From: Acidobacterium sp.
Lineage (GTDB): Bacteria > Acidobacteriota > Terriglobia > Terriglobales > Acidobacteriaceae
Assembly: GCA_003131625.1 (NCBI GenBank)
Contig: PKVY01000103.1
Span: 25,365-89,364 of the forward strand
Length of the DNA stretch: 64,000 nucleotides
Direction: 5' to 3'
Made by a program: the position numbers and the translations under genes. The first letter of the stretch is position 1. Each line of letters opens with the position of its first letter. Of the stretch, positions 36,236 to 46,263 are shown piece by piece. The notes under the pieces were generated by a model, which ran no database searches, was not told the origin of the DNA, and was given only the letters and a program-made list of their open reading frames with translations.

Positions 36236-38020
36236 ATGTTCAATCTTCGCCGCACGCTCCCGCTTGCGCTGCTCCTGATTCTTGTCTTCGCAGTCAACGG
36301 CCTCGCGCAGTCGCCGAAAAACCTCGCAGCGCGCCGCGCCCAACTCCGCGACGCTCTCCAGCAGGAATGGCAATACACGCTGCGCACGAGCCCGGAACTG
36401 GCAACGTCGATTGGCGATCCTCGCTACAACGACCGCTGGAGCGACTACTCTGCCTCCGAACAGGAGCGGCAAACCGAGCATGCGCGCGCGGAGATTCGCG
36501 TTTTCGAGGCAATCGACGCAGCCGGTTTTTCCGAACAGGAAGTTCTCGACAAAACCCTGATGCTGCGCCAGCTGCGCGAAGCCGTCGAGGCCGCCCGCTT
36601 CAAGGACTGGGAGATGCCGGTGGATCAGATGAACGGCATCCAGCTCGGCATTCCTGGCCTCATGACGCAGATGCCGCTGAAGACCGTGAAGGACTACGAG
36701 AATTACATAGCGCGCCTGCACGGCACACCGCACGTGCTCGACCAGGCCACCGCCGACATGCGCCTCGGCATGGCCGACCACCTGATGCCGCCGCGTTATC
36801 TCCTCGATAAGGTCGCCGTGCAGAGTGAGGACATCGCCACCAAACCCCTCACCAGCAGCCCGTTCGCCGAGCCGCTCCAGAAATTTCCGTCCGCTATGAG
36901 CCAGGCCGATCGCGGACGGCTGACCATCGCCATCCAGGGAGCGATCCATAACGAAGTAGATCCCGCTTACGCGAAATTCGCCGCCTTTGTGAAGAACGAG
37001 TACGCTCCGCAGGGCCGCACCGATCCTGGCGTGTGGGCGCTGCCCGACGGCGCCGAACGCTATCGCTTCGCGGTGCGCGAGCAAACCACCACCGACCTGA
37101 CTCCGGAGGAGATCCACGCGATGGGGGTAAAGCAGGTGGCCGAAATAGAAGCCGACATGCTGAAGCTGGCGCAGTCGCTCGGCTATAAGGACCTGGCCAG
37201 CTTCAACGACCACATCCGCCACGATCCTGACCTCTATGGCAAATCGGGCCAGCAGATCTTCGACCTCTACAAGCATTACGCCGAGCAAATGGAAGGCAAG
37301 CTGCCGCAGCTCTTCGGCCATCTTCCCACGACGAAACTCGAGGTCATCGTCATGGAAGCCTTCCGCGCGCCGTCCGCTCCGCCTGCCGACTATTCACCTG
37401 GCGCCGGGGACGGCAGCCGACCCGGCTACATCAATGTGAACGAGTACGACCCCACGCATCGCCTGCTGCTCAATGTCGAGGCCATCGCGTACCACGAGGG
37501 TGTTCCGGGACATCATTTGCAGTTCTCGATCGCGCAGGAGCTGACCGACATTCCTGAGTTCCGGCGTTTCGGCGGCTACAACGCGTACTCCGAGGGCTGG
37601 GCGTTTTACACGGAGCGGCTGGGTAAAGAAGTCGGCTTCTATCAGGATCCTTACAGCGAATACGGCCGCCTCGAAAACGAGATGTGGCGTTCGGTGCGGC
37701 TGGTGGTCGATACAGGCGTGCACAGCCAGCACTGGACCCGCCAGCAGATGGTCGACTACTTCCACGCGCACACCGCCATGGACGACACCAACATTGCCAG
37801 CGAAGTCGACCGCTACATCGCATGGCCTGGGCAGGCGCTGGCCTACAAGCTGGGGCAGATGAAGATTCTGGAGCTGCGCGCTCGGGCAAAGAGCGAACTG
37901 GGGCCGAAGTTCGACATCCGCAAATTCCACGATGCGGTACTCGGCGAGGGTCCGCTGCCCCTCGACGTTCTCGACCAGCAAATCACGGCGTGGATTGCGG
38001 AGCAGAAGCGGCAGCAATAG
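36236..38020 (+). CDS. DUF885 family exported protein
   Basis: Signal peptide 'LALLLILVFAVNGLAQ' and the family-typical 'AYHEGVPGHHLQ'. Confidence 0.75.
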   Translation: MFNLRRTLPLALLLILVFAVNGLAQSPKNLAARRAQLRDALQQEWQYTLRTSPELATSIGDPRYNDRWSDYSASEQERQTEHARAEIRVFEAIDAAGFSEQEVLDKTLMLRQLREAVEAARFKDWEMPVDQMNGIQLGIPGLMTQMPLKTVKDYENYIARLHGTPHVLDQATADMRLGMADHLMPPRYLLDKVAVQSEDIATKPLTSSPFAEPLQKFPSAMSQADRGRLTIAIQGAIHNEVDPAYAKFAAFVKNEYAPQGRTDPGVWALPDGAERYRFAVREQTTTDLTPEEIHAMGVKQVAEIEADMLKLAQSLGYKDLASFNDHIRHDPDLYGKSGQQIFDLYKHYAEQMEGKLPQLFGHLPTTKLEVIVMEAFRAPSAPPADYSPGAGDGSRPGYINVNEYDPTHRLLLNVEAIAYHEGVPGHHLQFSIAQELTDIPEFRRFGGYNAYSEGWAFYTERLGKEVGFYQDPYSEYGRLENEMWRSVRLVVDTGVHSQHWTRQQMVDYFHAHTAMDDTNIASEVDRYIAWPGQALAYKLGQMKILELRARAKSELGPKFDIRKFHDAVLGEGPLPLDVLDQQITAWIAEQKRQQ

Positions 38021-38118
38021 CGTCCTCGGGCCGGCGTTCCCGTCCCGCATGTCAGGACACCATTTGTTTCGCCTCGACAGATGTGTTGGGATGAGGGGGA
38101 CACTCGGAACAGGTACTC

Positions 38119-38868
38119 GTGCGCGTATCGCTCTTCATCACCTGCTATAACGACACGCTCTTTCCGGCCACCGGCCAGGCCGTGGTGCGCCTGCTGGAGC
38201 GCCTGGGGCACACGATCGATTTCCCGCTGGAACAAACCTGCTGCGGGCAGATGCACTACAACACCGGCTATCAGCAGGAAGCCATGCCGCTGATGCGGCG
38301 CTTCGTCGAAATTTTTCGCGACTCCGAAGCTGTCTGCATTCCGTCTTCGTCCTGCGTCGCGATGATCCGCGACCACTATCCAAAGATGGCAGCCGAGCAA
38401 TCCGACCCTGGGCTGGCGCGCGCTGTTGATGAGTTGCTGCCTCGCGTTTATGAGATGACCGAGCTGCTGGTTCATCGATTCGGCCTCGAAGACGTGGGCG
38501 CGTATTTCCCGCATCGCGTCACCTACCACGCCAGCTGCCACTCGTTGCGCAGCCTGCATCTGGGCGATGTGCCACAGCGGCTGTTACGAAAAGTGCGCGG
38601 CATCGAGCTGGTCGACCTGCCCAACATCGACCGCTGCTGCGGCTTCGGTGGCACCTTCTCCATCAAGATGGGCGACGTCTCCGCTGCCATGCTCGCCGAG
38701 AAGATGAAGGACGTCGAAAATACCGGCGCGGAAGTCATCACCGCCGTCGATACCTCCTGCCTGATGCACATCTTCGGCGGCCTGCACCGGCAGCGCGCGG
38801 GGGTGCGCATGGCGCATATCGCCGAAATTCTTGCCCCGACTGAAACCGACGAAGGAGCCGGCGCATGA
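38119..38868 (+). CDS. lutA: L-lactate utilization protein LutA ((Fe-S)-binding, CCG domains)
   Basis: 'VSLFITCYNDTLFP', 'CCGQMH' and 'CCGFGGTFS'. Confidence 0.85.
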   Translation: MRVSLFITCYNDTLFPATGQAVVRLLERLGHTIDFPLEQTCCGQMHYNTGYQQEAMPLMRRFVEIFRDSEAVCIPSSSCVAMIRDHYPKMAAEQSDPGLARAVDELLPRVYEMTELLVHRFGLEDVGAYFPHRVTYHASCHSLRSLHLGDVPQRLLRKVRGIELVDLPNIDRCCGFGGTFSIKMGDVSAAMLAEKMKDVENTGAEVITAVDTSCLMHIFGGLHRQRAGVRMAHIAEILAPTETDEGAGA

Positions 38869-40325
38869 CCATCCGCGTCGGCGAATCGGCGTCCGCGCCC
38901 TCGTTCCAGAAGGCCGCGCTGCCGCTGCTGGAAGACGCGCAACTCAGGAAGAACGTCCGCCACGCGACGGACGTGATCCAGCGCAAGCGCGGGGTTGTCG
39001 TCGCCGAAACGCCGGACTGGCAGGAGCTGCGCACCGCGGCGAGCGCGATCAAGGCGCACACTATGCGCCATCTCGACCACTACCTGACGCAATTCGAGAA
39101 GGCCTGCACCGCGGCCGGCGGGCAGGTCCACTGGGCTGCCGACGCTGACGATGCCAATCGCATCATCGTCGGCCTGGTCAAGCGATACGGCGGCAACGAG
39201 GTCATCAAGGTCAAGACCATGACCTCGGAGGAAGTCGGCCTGAACGACGCGTCGGAACGCGAAGGGATTCGTCCGCACGAAACCGACCTCGCCGAAGTCA
39301 TCGTGCAACTCGGCGGCGATAAGTCGTCGCACATCGTCGCGCCTGCAGTGCATAAAAACCGCAGCCAGGTCCGGCAGATCTTCCGCGAGCGCATGAACCT
39401 GCCCGACCTGAGCGACGATCCCGAGGAGCTAACCGCCGCAGCGCGCCGCTATCTGCGCGAAAAATTCCTGCGCGTGAAGATCGGCGTCTGCGGCGCGAAT
39501 TTCCTCGTCGCGGAAACCGGCAGCGTCTGCATCGTGGAGTCGGAAGGCAACGGCCGCATGTGTCTCACCATGCCGGAGGCGCTTATCTCCATCGCCGGCA
39601 TCGAGAAAACCATCCCCGCTTTCCAGGACATGGAAGTTTTCCTCCAGCTGCTGCCTCGCTCCGCGACCGGCGAACGGATGAACCCCTACAACTCGCTGTG
39701 GACCGGCGTCCGCCGCGGCGATGGCCCGCAGCATTTCCACGTCGTCCTGCTCGACAACGGACGCACCCGCATCCTCGCCGACCCGGAATCCCGCCAGACC
39801 CTCCATTGCATTCGCTGCGGCGCCTGCCTCAACACCTGCCCCGTCTATCGTCAGACCGGCGGCCACGCCTATGGCTCGAGCTACTCCGGCCCCATCGGCG
39901 CCATTGTGACACCACAGTTGTTACAAATGCAGCACGGACAGTCGCTCCCCTTCGCCTCTTCGCTCTGCGGAGCCTGCTATGACGTCTGCCCGGTAAAAAT
40001 CAACATCCCCGAAGTGCTGATCCACCTGCGCGGCCGCGTCGTGCGCGAGCAGAAGAGCGCTCTCGACCCCGAAGCTCTGGCCATGAAGACCGCTGCAGCC
40101 ATCTTCGCCAGCCGCGCGCGCTTCGAGGCGGCGCAACGCCTGGGACGAATTGCCCAGTGGCCGTTCCAGTCGAATGGCTGGATGCGCAACCTTCCCGGCA
40201 TGCTGGGCAACTGGACCCGCGTCCGCGATCTGCGCGCCCTGCCGCAGCAGACGTTTCGTGAATGGTGGAAAGCGCGGGCAAAAGCCGGGAACACGGCGGC
40301 GACGAGGAAGAACAACCATGGCTGA
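38865..40325 (+). CDS. lutB: L-lactate utilization iron-sulfur protein LutB
   Basis: 4-nt overlap with lutA. 'CIRCGACLNTCPVY' and 'CGACYDVCPV'. Confidence 0.85.
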   Translation: MTIRVGESASAPSFQKAALPLLEDAQLRKNVRHATDVIQRKRGVVVAETPDWQELRTAASAIKAHTMRHLDHYLTQFEKACTAAGGQVHWAADADDANRIIVGLVKRYGGNEVIKVKTMTSEEVGLNDASEREGIRPHETDLAEVIVQLGGDKSSHIVAPAVHKNRSQVRQIFRERMNLPDLSDDPEELTAAARRYLREKFLRVKIGVCGANFLVAETGSVCIVESEGNGRMCLTMPEALISIAGIEKTIPAFQDMEVFLQLLPRSATGERMNPYNSLWTGVRRGDGPQHFHVVLLDNGRTRILADPESRQTLHCIRCGACLNTCPVYRQTGGHAYGSSYSGPIGAIVTPQLLQMQHGQSLPFASSLCGACYDVCPVKINIPEVLIHLRGRVVREQKSALDPEALAMKTAAAIFASRARFEAAQRLGRIAQWPFQSNGWMRNLPGMLGNWTRVRDLRALPQQTFREWWKARAKAGNTAATRKNNHG

Positions 40326-40959
40326 TGCGCGCGATGCGATCCTGGAACGAATCCGCACTGGCCTGCGCGACGTCGCTCCAACCGACATCGCCGCCGAATA
40401 CGCCGCCATCCCCCGAACGTACATCCGCGCCGGACAGCTCGACCTCCAGGCGCGCCTGCATCAGCTCAAAGAACGCCTCCGCGATTACGACACCAATGTC
40501 GTTGAAACCGACGCCGTATCTCTCCCCAGAACGATCGCCGAGGTCCTCCGCAGCCACGAACAGAAAAACGTCATCGCGGCCGACGGCCTGCCGGAGGAAA
40601 TCCTCCCGCTCAACTTCCCGTTCATTTCCGAACGCAACGCCAGCGTCGACACCCTGAACGCCTGCGATGGCATCGTCACCGCCTGCAGCGTCGCCATTGC
40701 GTTCACCGGGACCATCGTTCTCACCCACGGCCCCGGCGAGGGTGCCCGTCGCCTCACCCTCGTCCCCGACCGCCATCTCTGCATCGTCCGCGCGGAGCAA
40801 GTGGTCGAAACGGTGCCCGAAGCCATCGATCGCCTCGCACCCTTCGCCACCCATCCCCTGACCTTTATCTCAGGCCCATCGGCCACCGCCGACATCGAAA
40901 TGACCCGCATCCGCGGCGTTCACGGACCCCGCTTCCTTGACGTTGTGCTGGTGCAATGA
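40318..40959 (+). CDS. lutC: L-lactate utilization protein LutC (LUD domain)
   Basis: ATG 40318 overlaps the lutB stop by 8 nt. The gene order lutA-lutB-lutC is conserved. Confidence 0.75.
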   Translation: MADARDAILERIRTGLRDVAPTDIAAEYAAIPRTYIRAGQLDLQARLHQLKERLRDYDTNVVETDAVSLPRTIAEVLRSHEQKNVIAADGLPEEILPLNFPFISERNASVDTLNACDGIVTACSVAIAFTGTIVLTHGPGEGARRLTLVPDRHLCIVRAEQVVETVPEAIDRLAPFATHPLTFISGPSATADIEMTRIRGVHGPRFLDVVLVQ

Positions 40960-41347
40960 AAGCACATCGCGCCTGATTTGGTTTTCCGTCGCCCGGCACC
41001 CGGGACCCTGCTTCCCCGGCCGCCGGTAACCATCGTACCGTCCCGGTGACATCTCTCTAAGGCCTGTATTGCCTGCTACATGCGAAAATATGAATCGTCT
41101 GTTATGCTCTTTGGTTCGCGTGATACAGTTCCTGAGCGCGGCTCGGGGTATCGGACGCGGAGAGCTTAAAACCTGATTTCGTGGAGGTTGTGTGCCGGTC
41201 AACGCCTGGGTGTGTTTTTTTGTTGCCATGAGCGCCTTGCCGCTCGTTGTTGCGTGGTTCTTTACACCAGTACGGCTCGCTTCTCACGCGGGCACGCCAG
41301 CCATGCAGCAGATTGCCGCCTCTTTTAAAGCGGCCACGAGAGGAACT

Positions 41348-43780
41348 ATGATAAGCCGCTTATTCTCGTCACGCTGGGCCAGATTCGCCGGCGTCCTTGC
41401 CACACTCACCTTGCTCGGTCAGGGCGCGGCTTTTGCGGCTGACGAACCGGTCGGCGGGGAAGCCAATCTGCAACTGCCGGATTTGAGACAGGTTCACTTC
41501 TTCGGCATGAACGGCCACAGCCTGCTCATGTTCGGGCCTCTGGCCTGTATTTTGGGCATGATTTTCGGCCTCTTCATGTACGTTCACCTGAAAGGCCTGC
41601 CCGCGCATCGATCGATGCTCGAGGTTTCGCAGCTGATCTGGGAGACCTGCAAGACCTATCTGCTCCACCAGGGCAAGTTCCTGCTTCTGCTGTGGTCGTT
41701 CATTGCGGTCGTCATCCTCGCCTATTTTGCCGTGTTGCTGCACTTCAGCCTGCTGCGAGTAGTCATCATCCTTGCCTTCAGCGTGCTGGGGATGGCGGGC
41801 AGCTACTTTGTGGCCTGGTTCGGGATCCGCCTGAACACCCTCGCAAATTCGCGCGCCGCCTGGGCTTCCCTGGGCGGTAACGCGTATCGCGCGTTCAGCG
41901 TTCCCCTGAAGTCGGGCATGAGCATCGGCATGATGCTGATCTCCGTCGAGCTGCTGATGATGTTCATCATCATTCTCTTCGTTCCCGGAGACTATGCCGG
42001 GCCGTGTTTCATCGGCTTTGCCATTGGCGAATCGCTCGGCGCCGCCGTGCTTCGCCTCGCCGGCGGCATTTTCACCAAGATTGCCGACATCGGCGCCGAC
42101 CTGATGAAGATCGTCTTCAAGGTTAAAGAGGACGATGCCCGCAACCCTGGCGTGATCGCCGACTGCACCGGAGACAATGCCGGCGACTCGGTCGGTCCCA
42201 CCGCCGACGGCTTTGAAACCTACGGCGTGGTCCAGGTCGCCCTCATCGCCTTCATCATCCTCGGCGCGAAAAGCGCTGAAGTTGGCGTGAAGCTGCTCGT
42301 CTGGCTGTTTGCGGTGCGCGTGGCCATGCTGGTCACCGCCGTTGTGGGCTATTACCTGAACGGGCTGATCTCCCGCGCGCGCTACGGCAAAGCCGAGCAA
42401 TTCAACTTCGAAGCGCCCCTCACGTCCCTGGTTTGGATCACTTCCCTCGTCACCATTGCCGCCACCTACCCGGTCACCTATGCCCTGCTCTCGACCCTGG
42501 GGGGCGACCCGACACTCTGGTGGAAACTCGCGACCATCACCTCCTGCGGAACCATAGCCGGCGCTCTCATTCCCGAACTGGTCAAGGTCTTTACATCCAC
42601 CACCGCCCGTCACGTGAAAGAGGTCGTAGCGTCGGCAAGGGAGGGCGGCGCTGCTCTGGGTCTCCTCTCCGGTTTTGTCGCCGGGAATTATTCCGCCTAC
42701 TACCTCGGACTGGCCGTCGTCCTGTTAATGGCCCTCGGCTACGGAGTCAGCACCCTCGGATTCGCGAACGTGATTCTGGCCGCGCCCATGTTTGCCTTTG
42801 GCCTCGTGGCTTTCGGCTTCCTGGGGATGGGGCCGGTGACCATCGCCGTCGACTCCTTTGGGCCGGTAACCGACAACGCGCAGTCCATCTATGAGTTGTC
42901 GCTGATCGAGAACGAACCCGACGTCCCCGCGGAGGTGAAAAAGCAATTCGGCGTGAAGGTGGATTTCGAGCGCGCCAAGAGGATGCTCGAGGCGGCCGAC
43001 GGTGCCGGCAACACCTTCAAAGCCAGCGCCAAACCGGTGCTTATTGGCACCGCCGTCGTCGGCGCAACCACCCTGATCTTCGCCACCATTATGGCGCTGA
43101 CCAACTCGCTGACCGAAAACGTGGATAAGCTCTCGCTGCTGCACGCTCCTTTTCTGCTCGGCATGATCACCGGGGGGGCGATCATTTACTGGTTCAGCGG
43201 AGCTGCCACCCAGGCCGTCACCACCGGCGCCTACCGTGCCGTGGAATTCATCAAGAGAAACATGAAAATTGAAGGGGCCGAGAAAGCCTCCACCGAAGAC
43301 AGCAAGAAGGTGGTGGCTATCTGCACTCGCTATGCGCAAAGCGGGATGCTGACCATCTTCATCTCGCTGTTTTTTGCCGCCCTGGCGTTCGCCTTCCTGG
43401 ATCCCTTTTTCTTCATCGGCTATCTCATTTCCATTGCCATGTTCGGGCTCTACCAGGCCATCTTCATGGCCAACGCCGGGGGAGCCTGGGACAACGCCAA
43501 AAAAATCGTCGAAGTCGAATTGCATGAAAAAGGTACGCCCCTGCACGAGGCGACCGTGGTGGGCGACCTGGTCGGCGATCCTTTCAAGGACACCGCCTCC
43601 GTGGCGCTCAACCCCGTCATCAAATTCACCACACTCTTTGGCCTGCTCGCCGTCGAGTTAGCTGTCAAACTATCGTCGACCAACCCGACGTTGACGCACG
43701 TGCTGGCGGCGGTATTCTTCCTCATATCGTTCTTCTTCGTCTACCGCTCGTTTTACGGTATGCGCATCCAGAGCGAATAA
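41348..43780 (+). CDS. hppA: membrane-bound proton-translocating pyrophosphatase
   Basis: 'CTGDNAGDSVGPTADGFETYG', 'GGAWDNAKK' and 'VGDLVGDPFKDT'. Start placed at ATG 41348 after GAGAGGAA. The longer ORF from 41192 has no RBS. Confidence 0.8.
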   Translation: MISRLFSSRWARFAGVLATLTLLGQGAAFAADEPVGGEANLQLPDLRQVHFFGMNGHSLLMFGPLACILGMIFGLFMYVHLKGLPAHRSMLEVSQLIWETCKTYLLHQGKFLLLLWSFIAVVILAYFAVLLHFSLLRVVIILAFSVLGMAGSYFVAWFGIRLNTLANSRAAWASLGGNAYRAFSVPLKSGMSIGMMLISVELLMMFIIILFVPGDYAGPCFIGFAIGESLGAAVLRLAGGIFTKIADIGADLMKIVFKVKEDDARNPGVIADCTGDNAGDSVGPTADGFETYGVVQVALIAFIILGAKSAEVGVKLLVWLFAVRVAMLVTAVVGYYLNGLISRARYGKAEQFNFEAPLTSLVWITSLVTIAATYPVTYALLSTLGGDPTLWWKLATITSCGTIAGALIPELVKVFTSTTARHVKEVVASAREGGAALGLLSGFVAGNYSAYYLGLAVVLLMALGYGVSTLGFANVILAAPMFAFGLVAFGFLGMGPVTIAVDSFGPVTDNAQSIYELSLIENEPDVPAEVKKQFGVKVDFERAKRMLEAADGAGNTFKASAKPVLIGTAVVGATTLIFATIMALTNSLTENVDKLSLLHAPFLLGMITGGAIIYWFSGAATQAVTTGAYRAVEFIKRNMKIEGAEKASTEDSKKVVAICTRYAQSGMLTIFISLFFAALAFAFLDPFFFIGYLISIAMFGLYQAIFMANAGGAWDNAKKIVEVELHEKGTPLHEATVVGDLVGDPFKDTASVALNPVIKFTTLFGLLAVELAVKLSSTNPTLTHVLAAVFFLISFFFVYRSFYGMRIQSE

Positions 43781-43846
43781 CCCGGGTCGGAGCATGCTGA
43801 CGGCTCAGCCAACAGCGCTGGCCGTCAGCGAAAAACGAAGTGCCGG

Positions 43847-43895
43847 AAGGCAGGGGAGACCGCAGCGACGCGGCTTCCCTGCCTTTGCTTTTCTC
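43847..43895 (+). terminator. rho-independent terminator after hppA
   Basis: 12-bp stem AAGGCAGGGGAG / CTTCCCTGCCTT (one mismatch) followed by TTTGCTTTTCT. Confidence 0.5.
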
Positions 43896-43984
43896 CGCAG
43901 ACGCGGCCGATGGCCCGTCCGCGTGGCTGAACCAGTCGTTGCTGTGCCCTGTGCTCTGTGCCCTGAACTTGGTACCCTCAAATC

Positions 43985-44881
43985 ATGATTAAGGGCATCA
44001 CCTTCATTCGCCCCGTGCACTCTCCCGCTCACTTCGAAGAGCTGGTGAGTTTCTTTTCCGCGCTGGGCTTTGAGCCGGGCCGTGGCTGGGACCAGCCGCC
44101 AACACGAGAAGGCGCCGCGAGCCGCGGACGCCCCTTCCTCGCGCCCCTTGCCAATCTCGAGTTTGTCGACGGCGCGCTTCCCACCCTGAACACCGACCTC
44201 CTGATCGAAGTCACCGCGCTCGACGCCGTCCACCACGTCGCCCGCCAGTGGCTCGAAGCCAAAACCGGCGCGGCAAAGACTCTCATCACCGCCATCGCCG
44301 ATACGCACTGGAAATCCCGCCTCTTCACCGCCGAGCCGGTTCCTGGCTTTTCCGTCGCGTTCTGGGAGTGGCAGGACCCACTCCGCGGCAAGGCCATCGC
44401 GCTCGCCGGCGACCTCAGCGCCGCAGACATGTCCTTCGCCATCGTCGTCGCCCGCTGGAACGCCGTCATCACCGAGCGCCTCCTGCAAGGCGCCCTCGAC
44501 GCCCTCCTGCGCAGCGGCGCCAAACGCCACCAGATTGAGATCGCCCACGTCCCCGGCTCCTGGGAAATTCCCGCTGCCGCCCGCCAGCTCGCTGAGACTC
44601 ACCGATTCGACGCCATCGTCACTCTCGGCTGCCTCATCCGCGGCGAAACCGCCCACTACGAAGCCATCTACAACGAAGTCGCCCGCGGCATCGGCCAGTC
44701 GCAGCAGGAAACCGGCATCCCCCACTCCTTCGGCGTCCTCACCTGCGAAACGCTGGAGCAGGCTCTCGATCGCGCCGGCCTCAAAAGCGGCAATAAAGGA
44801 TTCGAAGCCGCAGCCGCAGCCATCGAGATGACCTCCCTGCATCGAAAAATTGACGGAAAACCACCGGAGCCCCGAGCATGA
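43985..44881 (+). CDS. ribH: 6,7-dimethyl-8-ribityllumazine synthase with an N-terminal ~145-aa VOC/glyoxalase-like extension
   Basis: The C-terminal 150 aa, 'FAIVVARWNAVITERLL...VPGSWEIP...GCLIRGETAHYE', is RibH. There is no stop between 43985 and the RibH core. Internal in-frame ATG at 44429. Confidence 0.7.
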   Translation: MIKGITFIRPVHSPAHFEELVSFFSALGFEPGRGWDQPPTREGAASRGRPFLAPLANLEFVDGALPTLNTDLLIEVTALDAVHHVARQWLEAKTGAAKTLITAIADTHWKSRLFTAEPVPGFSVAFWEWQDPLRGKAIALAGDLSAADMSFAIVVARWNAVITERLLQGALDALLRSGAKRHQIEIAHVPGSWEIPAAARQLAETHRFDAIVTLGCLIRGETAHYEAIYNEVARGIGQSQQETGIPHSFGVLTCETLEQALDRAGLKSGNKGFEAAAAAIEMTSLHRKIDGKPPEPRA

Positions 44882-45294
44882 CGCTCGTCGGCAAGCGCCG
44901 CAAGTCCCGCGAACTCGCCATGCAGATGCTCTTCCAGGCCGACATCGGCCGCCAAACTCCCGACGAGGTGCGCAGCACGTTCTGGAAGGCCCGTGAAGAG
45001 GGCGACGAAGCGACGCGCGGCTTCGCCGAGGATCTCTTTCGCGTGGCCACGGCACGCGAGGCGGAAATCGATGCGCTTCTCGATCAGCACTCGAAGAACT
45101 GGCGGCTCAAGCGCATGCCCGCCGTCGATCGCAACCTCCTGCGCATGGCGGTCGCCGAGCTGCTGGGCTTCCCCGGCACCCCCGCCCCCATCGTCATCGA
45201 CGAGGCGCTGGAGATCGCCCGCCGCTACTCGGCGCCCGAATCCATCGACTTCCTCAATGGAGTCCTCGACGCCATCGCAAAGAGCCGGCAATGA
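44878..45294 (+). CDS. nusB: transcription antitermination factor NusB
   Basis: 'RRKSRELAMQMLFQADI' and 'IDEALEIARRY'. ATGA overlap with ribH; the ribH-nusB pair is conserved. Confidence 0.9.
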   Translation: MTLVGKRRKSRELAMQMLFQADIGRQTPDEVRSTFWKAREEGDEATRGFAEDLFRVATAREAEIDALLDQHSKNWRLKRMPAVDRNLLRMAVAELLGFPGTPAPIVIDEALEIARRYSAPESIDFLNGVLDAIAKSRQ

Positions 45295-45340
45295 TCGTCT
45301 TCAGTCACCGGCATCGTTTTATTCTGAGTAAGCACGCCTC

Positions 45341-45517
45341 ATGAAACTTCTCGCCTGGCTCACGGAAACCTTCATTACCACCTTCGGCATTACCCGCCCG
45401 CGCCCCGAGCAGCAACGCACCGCCCAACTCCTCATCGGAGGCTTTCTGCTTGCCTTCATCCTGCTCGTCGCGGCGATCACCACGTTTCTCCTCATCGAGA
45501 TTCACGCGGGACACTAA
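45341..45517 (+). CDS. small single-TM protein (58 aa)
   Basis: ATG...TAA ORF below the track cut-off: 'MKLLAWLTETF...LLIGGFLLAFILLVAAITTFLLI'. The opposite-strand ORF 45305-45577 looks like a shadow. Confidence 0.4.
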   Translation: MKLLAWLTETFITTFGITRPRPEQQRTAQLLIGGFLLAFILLVAAITTFLLIEIHAGH

Positions 45518-45544
45518 GTCGCCCGAAGCCAAGCCCCAAAAAGC

Positions 45545-45621
45545 TGGTGACCCCGGGAAGACTCGAACTTCCGACACGCAGTTTAGGAAACTGCTGCTCT
45601 ATCCACCTGAGCTACGGGGCC
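45545..45621 (-). tRNA. tRNA-Arg (anticodon CCU), CCA encoded
   Basis: The reverse complement folds as a cloverleaf. Acceptor GGCCCCG/CGGGGTC (one G:U); D arm GCTC-AGGTGGATA-GAGC; anticodon arm GCAGT-TTCCTAA-ACTGC; T arm GGAAG-TTCGAGT-CTTCC; ends in ACCA. Confidence 0.9.
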
Positions 45622-45724
45622 ACTGGTCGAAACGCCAATTGCTGTCCTAGTTTACAGCGATGGAAACGCGGCGGACACCTCCATCGGCTGTAGACAAAGG
45701 CGCAGGAGATCGAGTGCAGGGTCC

Positions 45725-46105
45725 TTACTTGTCGTTCTTGAGTTCGACGACCATCACTTCGATCGGCCTCGAACCCGCGTTGACGTCGGCGTGCATCGTT
45801 CCCGGAGGGTTGGCGGGCAGCCAGTAAGCTTTTCCAACTTCCCAGACGTGCGTTTCCGTGGGGCCGTTTTGCTGGACGATGTTCATCGTCCCGCCCTCGA
45901 GCGGGATGATCACGCGCCCGTGATCGTGCCGGTGCATGGCGAGCGGTGCGTTGGGCAGAACCAGCGAGCGCCACACGCGCACATTCTCATTTTCGAATTG
46001 GGGAAAGCGCTGGGTCTGGGGCGGCGCTTGCTGGGAGCGCATCACGCCGAGGCCGGCCGCGAAACCGATGAACAGGAACAGGACGGGAATCCAGAGTCGT
46101 TTCAT
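45725..46105 (-). CDS. exported cupin-domain protein
   Basis: AAGGAG RBS before ATG 46105. Signal/TM 'LWIPVLFLFIGFAAGLGV' and cupin His motif 'HRHDHGRVIIPLEGG'. Confidence 0.7.
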   Translation of the reverse strand: MKRLWIPVLFLFIGFAAGLGVMRSQQAPPQTQRFPQFENENVRVWRSLVLPNAPLAMHRHDHGRVIIPLEGGTMNIVQQNGPTETHVWEVGKAYWLPANPPGTMHADVNAGSRPIEVMVVELKNDK

Positions 46106-46263
46106 AGTGCAGCATTCTCCTTGCAGTTCAGGATGGGCGGTCCGGTGCGGAGGTGCGCTGATGATACACAATCGGCCGGCAACCAGGCCCCAAACGCTGC
46201 CCAGGCCAGGTTCGCCCACAGCAACCTCGGCAAAATCAACCAGGACCTCAAAGCTGCCCAGGC

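Noticed and set aside
43781-43984. FMN (RFN) riboswitch upstream of ribH
   Set aside because: The conserved RFN core segments, as I remember them, are absent. The hairpins present are better explained as the hppA terminator.
45545-45621. tRNA-Arg as an attachment site of a genomic island covering the paralog-rich region
   Set aside because: The tRNA 3' end faces nusB/ribH (core genes), not the accessory segment. I found no integrase and no direct repeat of the tRNA 3' end.
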